From NCBI GenBank assembly GCA_951406725.2, contig OX597834.1, positions 16,926,001 through 16,990,000 of the forward strand: 64,000 bases of DNA, given 5' to 3'. This document shows positions 21,827-35,650 of this stretch, one piece after another. Under the pieces are notes generated by a model that was not told where the DNA came from, did no database searches, and saw only the letters and a program-made list of their open reading frames with translations. The position numbers and the translations under genes were made by a program. Position 1 is the first letter of the stretch, and each line of letters starts with the position of its first letter. Source of the DNA: Octopus vulgaris (Eukaryota).

Positions 21827-24800
21827 CTTTCAAAGAAAAAAAAAAATTGTGTGTATATATATAGAGCTATATATATATATATACGTATATATATATTACC
21901 ATATATATGGTTATATATACATTTAATGCAGAAGTATACATTTTTTAAATCAGAAATTGCTTAAAAAAAAAAAAAAAAATTCAATTATCTTAAGTAAAAA
22001 AAAAAAAGTGCAAATCCTTCAAAGATGAAGTAGTTTGTTCTGTAGAACCCACTAGGCTATTATAATCCAATCATAAATGGATAGAACTTATTACAGGATC
22101 AAGTTCTTGTCCTTTCTCTCAATGAGATGGTAGTAAATTGAATCCCATTATTTTATTTTAACCCAATCCACAGAAATAGATGAAAAAAAAGCCAAGTCAA
22201 CTGCAAGTAGAATCCGATTGCAGGACCAAAGCATTGCCAAGCAATCCAACAAATCATGCAGCTACCTAGAGGTATCTGTGCAAATCGAAATGAATTTCAA
22301 AAATGCATATGTAAATACATGGACAACTTGAAGGAAAGTCGACAATATCTATATCTATATACATACATGTATAGATATATATATATGCATAGAGTACTAG
22401 AACCAAAACTCACCCTACCACCTATTTCTGATGCATTCCATTTGACTAGCACAAAACCATTTAGGGAGGAATTGCCATCGGACAATATGAGATAGATAAA
22501 TGAAATAGCTGGCTTTGAGATTGAATTGCAGACTCGATTTGCCAGGAGCTTTGTTTTCCTACTGAACAGCGGTAGTAGTAGTCAGTTGATACGATACATA
22601 GCTATATTTCTTTCAAGAATTAGCAATTTGCAAAAACTAAGTGCTGTCCCACTCACTCTCTCTCTCTCTCTCTAAGAGAAAGAAAGGTATTAAGCAATTT
22701 TCTTAATATTTGAAGATAAATGGAGGCTAGTAGAGAGAGCATGATTATTTGTTATTAGGTTCCAGCATGTTGCTAAAGAGATTGTTTAGATTTGCTTGCA
22801 ACATGTAATAATGATTTCAATTACTGGCACAAGGCCAGCAATTTGGGGGGAGTGGAGTAAGTTAATTGCATTGACACTAATGCTCAACCCTGAAAGGTAG
22901 AAACGAACCTCAGTGGTATTTGAACTCAGAATGTGAAGATGGACGTAATGCCACCAAGTATTATGGCCCAGTGTGCTAACATTTCTGCCAGCTCGCCTCT
23001 ACATGCAGTAATAATAAACAGCTGTTTATCCCAAACAGCTCCCACCTCATAAACTGCAGTTAGGGGTTTCTGTAGGAACATAGATGAACTGTTGATGGAA
23101 TAGCTAGTATTCCAATAGCACATCCAGTTAAGCTTTTTACATTATATACATGCATATAACAATGCTTTGATATTCTTTACTGAAGTAAATTTTTGCATGT
23201 ATGATAAAAAGAATGAAAAATAGGCAATTCCAACTCATTTGTCAGAAGGTGATAGTTCTATTGAGACATTTCTTTATCAATTACTGAAGTATCTTTTCAC
23301 TAAGATCTTTCATTTGGGGATAGTGCTAATTATTCAGTTATGGCAAACAAACTTCTTGGCAAAGCAAAACAAAGAAATAGCTTTAACAAAGATTGAAACT
23401 TGTATGTAACAGGAAGTAATTATCGATTTCCCATATAAAGTGCAAGAAACTAAATATTGATTAAAATAGATGGAACTCACTAAAAACAACAACAATGAAC
23501 TTCTACAGCTCAAGCGATAAGAAACAAGCCGACCAAAACCACGACGACTCCATAAAACGAAGATTCAATTTATGATTAACATTACCAAATTCTGCTGCTG
23601 CTGCACAAGAGTCAAAACTAAACTTTTAAAAATATAAATTTAAAAAAAACTCAACAGCTAAAATATTACGCAAGAGAAATTCACCTTTATTTGAGAAAAA
23701 TTTTGAAAGATTTTATGTTGCCCGTTTTGGCAACAGTTTAATCTGCTAAAAAATATATTCCACTTGAGTTGATTTCGTAAAGAACACTTCAGCTCACACT
23801 GCTAATTCGTATTTTCTTCCACATTCTTGCCCATTAATGCTACAATTGTCTTCCCAAGTTAAATTCTTTTGGCTCCATTCCAGTGATATCATATACCAAT
23901 ACCAACATATACAAAATTCCATATAATCAACATGCCAACTTCCTTTTCCAACTCTTCACTAAAATATAGAAATTCCAAAATATTCATCCTAAAATCCAAT
24001 ATTAACGGCTAAAATTCCATGTTTCTATCAATAAAAGGTGAAACGGAACTAACATTCCTCAAGAGAAATATTTCTTTATATCTCATCAAAAATACCTGAA
24101 GGACAAAGTTGTGTTTAACATTCACCCCTATATGAGTTTTTCGAGAAAATTTTAACATCGTCCTGAGACGATTCCTTTAAGCTTCCAAAAATAGAGGACA
24201 AGCATCGAGAGGGTGGAGGACGACCCCTGTAAATCAGGGGAGCTTAAACTTCCTAGCAACGAACGATAGAAGGCTTGCCCGCAATTCTAGGGTTTTAAAC
24301 CTAGTTCTATCACGAATAGAAGAAGAAAAAAAAAGTAAATGTTTTCTTTTTTCGAGGGACGTGAAAATGCAGCGGAAAAATAGCTGTCTCGATTAAACAG
24401 GAGAGATGGTCGCGAAGAGTGTGCTCAATAAGCTTTCATATTAGTTTATAAAAACCACAGAACTTCAAACTACACCAAGCATTAAAAAAAATAAAACCCA
24501 TTTGGAAAAGAAAAAAAAATCAATCATCATCATCTGTTGCTAATGAAATAGCATGCTTAATAAATTCAGCATATCCATAAAAGTGGGTGACTGGTGAATA
24601 AGGAAAACCCAGTGAAACAAAAAATAAAAAAATAAATCATGCCCTTAAATTGCTCTGAGAAGGAAGATATATTGTACCTAAATATTCAATTCCAGAAAAG
24701 GGATAAAAAAAAACACGAAGAGATGCATGCATAATATAGAAATGAATGAACAGAACTTAATATAATTCATGCCTAACAAACACATTGTGTCAGCTTTCCA

Positions 24801-25549
24801 ACATATTGACAACAGCTTTAGTAATTAAACAATACATGATTTAGTCGCCTCTATGTCACAGGTGTGATGTGGATACCTTTTCGCACGATCCTAAGAGAAG
24901 AAACTCGCTTGTTACCAGTTGACGACATACAACATCAACAAAAAGTTACTGATTTATTTTTTATTACCAAATAAATAAAATATAAACAAAAAAAAAATAC
25001 AAAAAGGAAACAGGGTTACAAAAATACTAAATACAGATGTAGACCCACCCGAAATAGTAGTCCAAGTAGCCAACTGAAGGACATTATCTATAAGATGGTC
25101 ACTTCAACACAACCTTAATCGAAAGATTTATATTTACTGGAGCTTAAAGAAGAAAAAACATTACACGTTCTTTGAGAACGTTTCTCACAGGAACCGGTGA
25201 TTAAATCTCCCATTTTTTTTCCTTCTTGAATTAATAATCTTTTTCTATTTACAGGCCACAAAGCCTGAAACTTCGGGAGGATGGATGGAGGACAGTCGGG
25301 TACCAAAGATCCAGTGATCGACCCCGGAAGGATGGAGGACAGTCGGATACCAAAGATCCAGTGATCGACTGCTACCTATGTTATCGACTCCCGGAAGGAT
25401 GAAGGATAAAATCGACCTTAGAGGAATTTGAACGCGGAACGTATAGACAGAAAGAGATGCTGTTAAGCATTGTCTGGCGTGGGGAACAATTTTGCTAGCC
25501 CACCTGTCTTTTGGCTTCAAATTCTAGACATGTTTTATTATTAATAAAT

Positions 25550-25850
25550 AAACAGAGGGGGCGGGGTTGGGGGGAGACCATCTCCAATAATTCACGTGCA
25601 TGCGTGCGGGAGCCTACATACATACATACACGTATGTAAAACAATATAATGCACTAGCTGGTATGATATAGACACGAACCGGAAACTTAATACAAACTAT
25701 TTTACAAGATATCTACATAAAAAGAAAAAAAAATGAAGACGCAGCGAATGTTGCGAACTTGGCCAATGCTGAAGAACAGTGCTTAGCTCTCTCTCTCTCT
25801 CTCTCTCTCTCACTTACACACACAAAATGGCGCAACTAGGTAAGTGCAAC
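25550..25850. promoter_or_regulatory. Candidate promoter or first-exon region
   Basis: GC box ggggcgggg (~25557), E-box cacgtg, ETS-like ccggaa (~25679), ccaat, YY1-like aaaatggcg (25824-25832), and GTAAGT donors on both strands. Confidence 0.4.
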
Positions 25851-27761
25851 TTCACCGACTTAGATCACCCTTAGCTTTAAAAAAAATGCTTGCTTTTTAG
25901 TGAAATCCACCAAAGATGCATTTTAGATGGTTCAACAATTATATTGGGGGGGGGGGTAACTTCTGTATTATACACACACACACACTAGTTTAAATGCCAT
26001 TATAGTATTTGATGGACTCAGCAGTGACGCCAACAATTTTTCCTTGATTAAACTCGATATCCTCTTCCCATCTTTGAGGCACTACGCGAAATCGAAAGTG
26101 GTGTTCCTTCTAATAGAAGGTTTGTTGTACGGAGTTGAATGATTGGCGTATTCACATGACTTGTGCAGACCACACAACTGGTCTGACTAAATAAACCCAG
26201 GTGCTTTACACCAGGATATTTCCTTAAAAAGAATGAAAGAAATGTCGACTGCACAATGCAATTTCACCAAGTTGTTCAAGGTGTGGAAATAGGAGGAGTT
26301 ACTATTATGCCGGTTCAAACAATACTACCCTTGAGAAATATAACACATAACATATATATATATAAATATTGTTGCAACATTGTCGGTTTCTTTAGAAAAT
26401 CTGACGTTTGTGTCTGAATTTTTATTGCGTATTTCATTCTTTAGTATTATTATTATTATATTTTTTGTTTACTGCTGTAATGTAAAGAAAGAAATGTCAA
26501 TGTATGCGCGTAAAGATCTCTCTCTCTTTACTTCTTGTTTTGAGAGAGAGTAGGTGAAACCCAACCGAAGTGGAATCGGCAAATAATCGACACACAAAAA
26601 CGAAAGTCTACTATAAATATAACAAGATATAGTTTCAGTCAGTACTTGTGGAAATAAAGAATCTCTCTACGTGAAAAAAAATTCAGAAACATTATCTATG
26701 AAATTGGTGCGTATAAAGCAGTGTAGGGCAAACTGTATGTAACCCGCGGGGTTTTCTGAATGGCACCCTAACGAAAAATTACATTGATCCTTTTAGTAAA
26801 TGCAGTCTGTCCCTCTTGATCAGTCCTAGTATAAAGGAATTCGACTTCGGGAAATCGCTTTCACTCATTCTGTCATCGATTAACATTTTCAATAGGTTTT
26901 GTGCATCCTTTGCCAGAATTACAAACATTGTCAGTACCAGGGACAGGTGAGAGTTAAAATCCTAAATACAACTTTTAATGCACCCATTTTTTATGTATTT
27001 CCATTCACCCGTGACCACTTTTGGTTCCTGGGGAAACACACATTTCAACAGATATTGCTTATTGTCTGTCACTGCACTTCTCAGGTGTCAAGTTTTTTGT
27101 CTGCCAACATCGATTCTGAACGCCATGATTATTGCTTGCTCACAATTTTGATTCCCCGAATATATATCTAACTAAAAATAAATTACCACAAAACCCAGTC
27201 TGAAGTTGTACTCTTAGCAAATACCTCATTTCCACCTGGAATAGTCTGTTAGGGGAAATATCAAACTTCTCTCTAAACCCTCGGAGGGGTGGAGGGAAAG
27301 GATGATGCGGTTAATTTACCAAAAGGTATCAAATGACAATTGAGCAACAACAAAAAAAAAAGGTAAAATTACAGATTAACACTCTGTAATTTTACCCCCA
27401 AAAAAACTAGTTATTTATTTGCCTACAGATGCCGGGAACGTGACGTAATGAAGATTTTAAGCATCACCAGGATAAGCTTCTTGCAGACATCTCAGACTGG
27501 CCAGGTTTAGAGGGAAACCAGCATCCTCGTAAAGCACGGGATGCGATGCAGCAGCAAAAGGCACATAAAACCATTAAAAAATAATGCAAAGACGAAGGCC
27601 AAGGTTTCTTATTGCAACTACAACTTACCACATTAACGAGCACCGCATACTATATATATATAATTTATTTTATAGAAGGAGCTTCTACAGGACTAGAACC
27701 GTTTCATTCTATGTATTGAGTACCTTATTTACTGTGGTTAACCCCGACTCAACCCGGGATC

Positions 27762-27817
<56 letters not shown>

Positions 27818-29604
27818 GGCTACAATAATTGACGGAATGGTCATGGATGCATTGCCTTTTGATTATCGCTCTGTGCTGGTGGGACTTAACGCTTCCTAGC
27901 TTTGCCAGTAAAACTGATGATATCAATCAATATCTGATTAAGGACACATTCTAACTGGAATGATCGATATTCAGAAATGGCAACCCGTATTCCATATTCA
28001 CAGGAATTTCGGATTTTAATGGTTTAATTACACAACCTTCGACTAATATGTCGAAGATGTCTACCAATATAGATGGGAATAACATATGTTTAGGATGCAT
28101 GGATTTCAGCTCCGTCTTTCATCCTTTAATATTAGATAGAATCAATCAATCAATATCAGTTCGCCTCTACCTTGTCTCTCTATGTGCTAGAGATGGTAGT
28201 TAAAATCTCACAAATCATACAGTAACGAATGAGGAAAGGAAAAGCTGTTACGTTTTTTCGACGGCCATGAATTAAGACGAATACGGACAAAAATAATTAA
28301 AAGGAAAAATGATCACAGGTCTTTTCTGCTCCATCAGGGTTTGTGGCCTGGGACCTTAAAAACCCTGAATGGATGTCGTAGTTAGTTAAGAAGAAAAAGA
28401 AAGAAAACAAAATTATAAAGAATTTATGAAGTAAATGTTTCAAGTTTCTTCACCTAATTAATTAAGCCAACATTTTTGGCTTGTAAGAGGAAGAAACGAA
28501 ATGAATAATAAAACAGAAAAATCGGGGGGAAAAAAAAATTATAAAACGTTTTCTCCATGACTTGAAATGTGAAGGATTTTCTATGGAGAGGAATATATTG
28601 TAAGGTTATATTTATATATATTTTTTTTAGTAAACTCCCACTTTTTTTTATACAGCATTCATCAACATATTTAGGAAAATATACATATATATCCTTCCAA
28701 ACCAGTTCACAGATATAAACATACTTTCATTCCTTTTTTTTTCCTTCTACGTCACTAAAATTTTACACAAGATGCCGCAACAATCTACACACCACACTCT
28801 ATATATATACATATATATATGTATGTATATATATATTATATATAGGTGCGTGTGTATCGATTGTTTAATATTTGAGCTTTATATATGCATATTTAAAATG
28901 AAAAAAAGGCAGATATATTTCGCGATTCGGTTACAAAAAGAGAGGAGAGAGAAAAAAAACAGAGACAGGTCAGCCATCATCGTTGTTACATATACGTGAT
29001 ACGAGTATATGTAGCAAATTTATTTATGTAATTTACTATATATAATAAAGCGGTATTGAGAGATAAAAGGTATTTTCAGATAAAATACTACGTTATATAT
29101 ACATGGACACACATAATTATGTCTATATGTGTGTGTGCGAGTGAGTGGAGGTGAAGATTTACAATACATATTGGAGTGACTGCTTCAATCGTTTGTGAAG
29201 ACGATTTATATGGAGAGGAAAAAAAAAGGCTGTACTTGAGAGACATCGCGTATTGGGGGATGAATTACAGGGGGGAGATCGTTAAGGTGGCAGGAAAAAA
29301 ATGTAATGGTCGAAGAGAAGAATGAAAGAAGAATTGAAAAAGAAACGTGTAAAGGCCGCCATAGGAAATGAATAATGTACAAACCGTATCCAATATTGGT
29401 TGGTAGGTGGTGGAGAGAAGGATTACATCCAGAACAGAGAACCGGGAAGAGATATTTGTGTTGGAGTGTTTGTAGCACGGGTAGCATCGAAAACAAAACC
29501 AGAGAGAAGTGGGGGGATGTGGCGAAGAGGAGAGAAAAAAAAAAAGCAAAAAAAAGTAAATTCTAATTTGATTTTTATAGGTTTTACAACTGCAATGATA
29601 CGAT

Positions 29605-29725
29605 ACTGACCTGAGCAATGGAGATAAGAGGAAGAATAAAATATGGCGACTCCTCTAGAATTGTGGGTAGCTATAATCGAACTTTAAGCGGCAAGTGAAG
29701 GCAGTGAATAACGAGTAACCAATAG
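29605..29725 (-). promoter_or_regulatory. Candidate distal promoter and short first exon of ELAV-B
   Basis: Minus strand: YY1-like cgccatattt then ...ctCAG|GTCAGT donor (exon ends 29611). CCAAT element near 29719. Confidence 0.35.
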
Positions 29726-32700
29726 AAAGGCTGGGAAATTAAATATGTACACATTTATTTGCCCATTAAAAAATAAAAATACATGTGGTAGTCGGCGATG
29801 TGATTAATTTACGATTTAACATAAATATCCATTTACTATTCGAAGCGCTTCCTTTTTTTTAATATCTTCGTTTTCAGATCATTGCAGAAAAATTATAATG
29901 ATGTCTGATGCTTTATGCAAGTCTTTTAGCAATAGTAGTCCTACTCCCTCCGAGCGTATCCTCCCTTTCACCTACAAACGATCGTTGTTTGAACACAATA
30001 ATCATGTTTGATTACTTTTTTTTCCTAATAAATTCATTAAATTATTTCTTTTTCAGGGTGACTGACTATTCCCCTTCATTTACATACCAAATACACTTTT
30101 TCTTTTTTTAAACAAATGGCACAGACGTCACAGCTTTATTACACACGATACAGGCTAGGATTTTGTATAATGTAAAGCAACAACCAATTATTTTAATTAG
30201 TTTTGATAGTTGTAGTATAGTATTATTACATCACAGAGTCAATAGATCGCTGCTCTAGTGTATCGCTTTTGTTTTGAACCGGTATTCCGCCGGTAGTAAG
30301 CCTTGCTTTACGTATTATCGTGTCGGTCAGCTCTGCTTCTTTCCCTCGTGTGAGCTTGACCTTGTGCTTCACTGAAAGAGATTTATTCATATTATTATCA
30401 TTAGCAGATAGACAGATAAAAAAAAAGTCCTTTCGCAATTAGCTTGCGTATCTTTACATTCTGATTTCAAATCCCGGCGATGTCGGCTTCGTCTCCCATT
30501 CCTTTGGGGAAGTAAGGGTCGATGAGTACCAATGGTGTCCTTGCGTTGATTTGCTTCTCCCTCATAAAATCTGTTGCCTTCTGTGGACATATGTTGGTAA
30601 CCTCTAATTACTTTCACAACACTTACACGATAAATTCATTCATTATCTCTCTTGTTTTTTCAAAAGCAATAAAGAAATTCTCTTTCTTTTTTAAATAGCT
30701 ACTAAATTTTTGTAACAAACCCCTGAATTAACATAGGAAATAATAAAAAAAAAAAAGACCGCTTTTAAAAAGACACCAATATTTCATTTATATAAATTCC
30801 CAACACTTTCCATATCATGTTAGTTCAAGTTTAATAAAACACTGCGTTACGATATGCTGTAACATGAAGGTTACTTTCTATTCAAAACATGTCTATTTTA
30901 ACAGAAAGTAATCATTACTTTATAACAAATATTCTTCAACCATTATAACGCACGTGACGGCTTTTTTTTCTCTCTTTGTCTTGTGACGCTGTTAAAGAAA
31001 AAATATAATAAATGCCGAGCAAACATTAATAATTACGTTAAATAAATACATTCTTCTAGTTTTATTTTCTCAGCTCTTTTTAATATTTAAAATAAAATAA
31101 TATAGTTTTGGGGTTTTTTCTTTCTTACATAAGCAAAAGGCCAGTCATTACTTTACAAAGAAGGTGGGGAGTGAAATACACTTCTTTTTTTTTATTATTA
31201 TCAGGGACATTGTATACGATAAAATGCAAAATGGAATGGTTATATGAGGGAATCGAAACCGGGACATCAACTTGTTAGTATTTAACAATAATAAACACGA
31301 AGAAATAATTTGAATTTCCATTTCCTTTTATTTTCGGTCTATTTTGTTCTTTCTCTTTCTCTCTCTCCTTGAAAAATGGCTTAATTCAAGTCCAAACTGT
31401 TTAATTCACCGCCGAGATATTACACCCTTCTTTCTGACAGTCACTCAGGTTCCCTATTTTCAAAAGATGTCATGACATCCATACATTTGTTTAAAGAGTA
31501 TTAGCGATTGAGACATTGATTTAAAAGCAATAATTAAAGCCTCGTCGCACAGGCCTCGGTTAAAACTATATATCTATCTATATATATATATATATATATA
31601 TTAGCGACTTATTGCTCTATTAAACATCGCTAATATCAACACACGGAAATAATTAATTATTCCACATACACATGCAGATAAACATAAATGTTTTGTTTGT
31701 CTATTTATATTTGACAGTACCCACCCTTGTATATTGGTTTATCCCGACTGACGTCTGAGATTTTTTTTTCCTGAAACCCAGTTCAGCAGAACGTGGTTGG
31801 AGCTGCAAAGGTCATGGCCGTGACCTCCTCTTCTGGTCTAACCTTATTTAAATATATAAATTAAGAAACAAAAAAAAAGAAGAGATTAACTAATATAAGT
31901 CACACACAAGGCCATGTGTCTGTGTATGTTTTTATTCTTCTTCCTTTTTTTTTTTTTTTTTTGGAGGAGGAGTTGCGGTAGGATAAAAATGAGTATACTC
32001 AGAAAGTCCCTTTGACATTGCTGGCTCAAATCCTAGATTATCTGGTTTCCATGGCATATAAGTGACCGAGATCAGAATTTGCCTTTTGGATGGAATACCA
32101 GCCCACTGTAGCTTACTCATTCACAGCTGAATGGATTAAAGAAACATAAAAACGAGCTATTTTCCTCAAGAACACATCGCCCAGATCGGTAATCGAAGCC
32201 GCAATCTTGCGGAACATGAGTGCAACACGTTTAACTACAAGATCGCGATTAATTCCTCACTTTAATTAACTGGAACAGACTCTTGTATGCCTGGAAGCGC
32301 TGAATGGCAATTTTGGCACTGTACAATTGTAAGTAAGAACGTAGGATGTTAACTCAATACTGGTTTCAAATTTTGGCACAAGGTCACCAACTTTCAGAGG
32401 AGGGATAGCTCGATTACATCGACCCCGAAAGGATGAAAGACAAAGTCGACCTCGGCGGAATTTGAACTCAGGAAGGATGAAATGCCGCTAAGCATTTTGT
32501 CGGGTGTACTAACGATTCTGCCTTAGCCTAATTAAATATTGGTTTCAAAATTTCGCACAAGGCCGGCAATTTTGCAGGCATGGGTTGGACAATTTGACAG
32601 AAGCCAGCCAGGTAGAAAACTACACGAGGCTACTGTGCCTGTTTTGGCAGGGTTTTTATGGCTGGATACCCTTCCTAGCACCAACCATTCCACAAAGTAG

Positions 32701-32939
32701 ATTGAGTGCTTTTTACTTTGCACCAACACAGGTGAGGTTAGTTTTAGCATGGTTTTTACAGATGGATGCCCTTCCAAATGCCAACCACTTTACATTGTGG
32801 ACTGGAAGCCTTTTATGTGGCACCAGCAGGGTTACCAAGTAACTTACAAGACAAGGAATTTTGAGAGGGGAGGGGGCATTGGAGGAGGGGATCTTGTGTC
32901 AGATGATGAAAGGTTAGAGTGTGACAGAGATACAGAAAG

Positions 32940-33420
32940 ACATACAAAATAATGTGTTGTTCTGAATTATACATAGAAATAGCATGTTGTTTAGAAATAC
33001 ATCTAAAATACAGTGTTTAGAAATACATTTACAATAGTGTTATGCAGAAAAATCACACATAGAATATAAGGTGTTACATAGAAAATGACATAGAATAAGT
33101 GTTGTTTGAATGAACACAATACTACATGTTCAGAATAGCATAGAAAATCATAATTTGTTCAGAAATACTCAAAGAATACAATGAGCCTGGAAATAAATAT
33201 AGATTACAGTATGTTATCCAGAAACATACAAAGAACAGTGTTCACTTTTCAAGGGTATCTTTGCAGATTTTCTATAGAAATTAGAGCCAGCACAATATTG
33301 ACTTATAAGTCTTTAATATACTTGGTAGTATATCAGAATTGCATAAAGAATACCAGCAATTATAGAACAATGCATTGTTGGGAAACCCATAGATTGTAGC
33401 CTGTTGTTTCGAAACAACAG
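32940..33420. repeat. Degenerate minisatellite, period about 28-31 bp
   Basis: Recurrent unit like catagaaata(c/g)a..tgttgtt(c/t)agaaata, repeated a dozen or more times. Confidence 0.7.
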
Positions 33421-34517
33421 ATTGTACACTAGGAACTGGTAATCTAATACTTTCTAACCTACTTAATCATATAGCTTCTGTCGCAGTATAATTTATGAGA
33501 TCCTAGCTTATTGATGTAGGCAGTTGAAAAACTTATAGGCCAGTGGCACAAGATTCAGTTCTACATCAAAGATATTTTCACTTAAATCTGTAAAATTACC
33601 AAAGGAATACAACTGAGTACCCCCACCACCCGCCACATCACCAGATCTGGCAAGTCGAGGCTTGCTGTAATTGTCGTTCAACTCCAGGTCAACCCCAATC
33701 GAGCAATTCTATCTATAGCCATCCCGTATTTTTCTTTTATGCAACCCCACCCCCCAGAACAACATTATCTAATCGCTACTTTCTTTTGTTTCACAGCAAG
33801 GTGTAATAATTTCAGGGCAATTTTCTAGTAGATCGAACACCACGTGGCAGCTCCCTAACGCACATAAAAAGAAGATATGAAGGCATCCAAGATGCGAAAA
33901 GTACGGGGCAGAGAGATCTGGTTAGACCTATTGATTCGTAAATATTTACTAAGGGCGGCATGAAACTAAAACACCTAATTTCATAGGCTTCCAACAAGCG
34001 ACTCGTTTCATGAATGGTGGAGAGCTGACCTAAAGCGAGAATTGTCGTATTATACAAAAGAGAATTTTAATAGAAGCTGGAGTCGTAATTTTAACCTGGC
34101 GAAATCTTATCTCTTGCTTTACATCGCTCTTTATTAAAACAATCCTTAATTAAATAACCGAACAAATATATTCAAAATAACGTGTTTTTTTTTGTGTTTT
34201 TTAATTTGTGCGTGTGTGTCTTTTGCTGTTAGTTGAGTTAGTTAATATTTTCCATTCGTAAAAAAAAAAAAAGGTTCCTTATATACTTATTTAGACATTT
34301 CATGCCACGAAATAAATTTTAAAGTCGTGGAAGATTGACTAGAAAAACACCGAGATGAAGAAAATTAACAGAAAATAGTCGACGTTTGCGGCATTATAAA
34401 TCATTTCATGTCTGACAGCCAGAGTTGTTTCCCTTAGACCGTAAATTTTCACTCATTGTCTGCTCTCCTCACGAATGAATGGTGATAGGATTTGCATTGT
34501 CGTGGTATCGCTTTCGC

Positions 34518-34745
34518 GGCGAGCTGGCAGAAACGTTAGCACGCTGGGCGAAATGCGTAGCCGTTTTTCGTCTGCCGTTACGTTGTGAGTTCAAATTCCG
34601 CCGAGGTCGACTTTGCCTTTCATCCTTTCGGGGTCGATAAATTAAGTACCAGTTACGCACTGGGTCGATGTAATCGACTTAATCCCTTTGTCTGTCCTTC
34701 TTTGTCCCCTCTGTGATTAGCCCCTTGTGGGCAATAAAGAAATAG
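34518..34745 (+). mobile_element. SINE family 2. Others: 43800-44020, 3570-3735 (+); 22822-22998, 25255-25505, 32365-32525, 34940-35110, 44750-44915, 46100-46295, 54765-54985 (-)
   Basis: ggcgagctggcagaaacgttagc...gagttcaaattccgccgaggtcgactttgcctttcatcctttcggggtcgat, with B-box gttcaaat. Confidence 0.88.
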
Positions 34746-35237
34746 GTATCACTTTCGCTGAATGTTCTCCCTCAAACACATCCCAAACATTTTATTAACC
34801 CCGAAAAAGGATGAAAAGTTAAGTCAACCTCTGCAGCCTTTCAACTCAGAGAACATTAAGAACTAAAAGAAATACTGCCATGCATTTGGCATGGTAAACT
34901 ATTCTACCAGTTCACGATCTTCAGATTGCTTTAAATACTGATTTCAAATTTTGGCACAAGGCCAGCAATATCTAGGGAGGGAGTAAGTCGATTACATTGT
35001 CACCAGTGCTCAACTGGTACTTATTTTATCAACCCCAGAATTCAGCTGGTACTTATTTTATAGACCATGAAAGGATGAAAGGCAAAGTTGTACTCAGTTG
35101 AATTTGAACTCACCCAGGTCTTTCGCCACTTACTTGCACTCCCTTCGCAATATCCTGTCACTTATATTATAGCATTTGAACCTCGAGGGCATGCCCTGGC
35201 ACTTGCCACTACCTATAGCTTTCGCTTCCTTTACTCA

Positions 35238-35650
35238 GGCGCAGGAGTGGCTGTGTGGTAAGTAGCTTATTTTTTGCCAACCACATGGTTCCGGGTTCAG
35301 TCCCACAGCGTGGCACCTTGAGCAAGTGTCTTCTACTATAGCCTCGAGCCGACCAAAGCCTTGTGAGTGAATTTGGTAGACGGAAACTGAAAGAAGCCCG
35401 TCGTATATATGTAAATATATATATATATATGCATGTGTGTATTTGTGTGTCTGTGTTTGTCCCCCTAGCGTTGCTTGACAAGCGATGCTGGTGTGTTTAT
35501 GTCCCCGTTACTTAGCGGTTCAGCAAAAGAGACCGATAGAATAAGTACTGGGCTTACAAAAGAATAAGTCCCGGGGTCTATTTGCTTGATTAAAGGCGGT
35601 GCTCCAGCATGGCCACAGTCAAATGACTGAAACAAATAAAAGAGAGAGAG
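35238..35650 (+). mobile_element. tRNA-headed SINE, family 1 (near full length)
   Basis: A-box tggctgtgtgg, B-box ggttcagtcc, body ...ggtagacggaaactgaaagaagcc... and aaagag tail. Many copies in the window. Confidence 0.9.

Noticed and set aside
25283-25369. 40-bp repeat at 47-bp spacing, superficially CRISPR-like
   Set aside because: Only two units, inside a SINE family 2 remnant, eukaryotic context, no cas genes.
27545-27580. ataaaaccattaaa (also ~16150) matching the ELAV-B CDS in inverted orientation, a possible second ECS
   Set aside because: 13-14 nt AT-rich matches are expected by chance; no colinear blocks.
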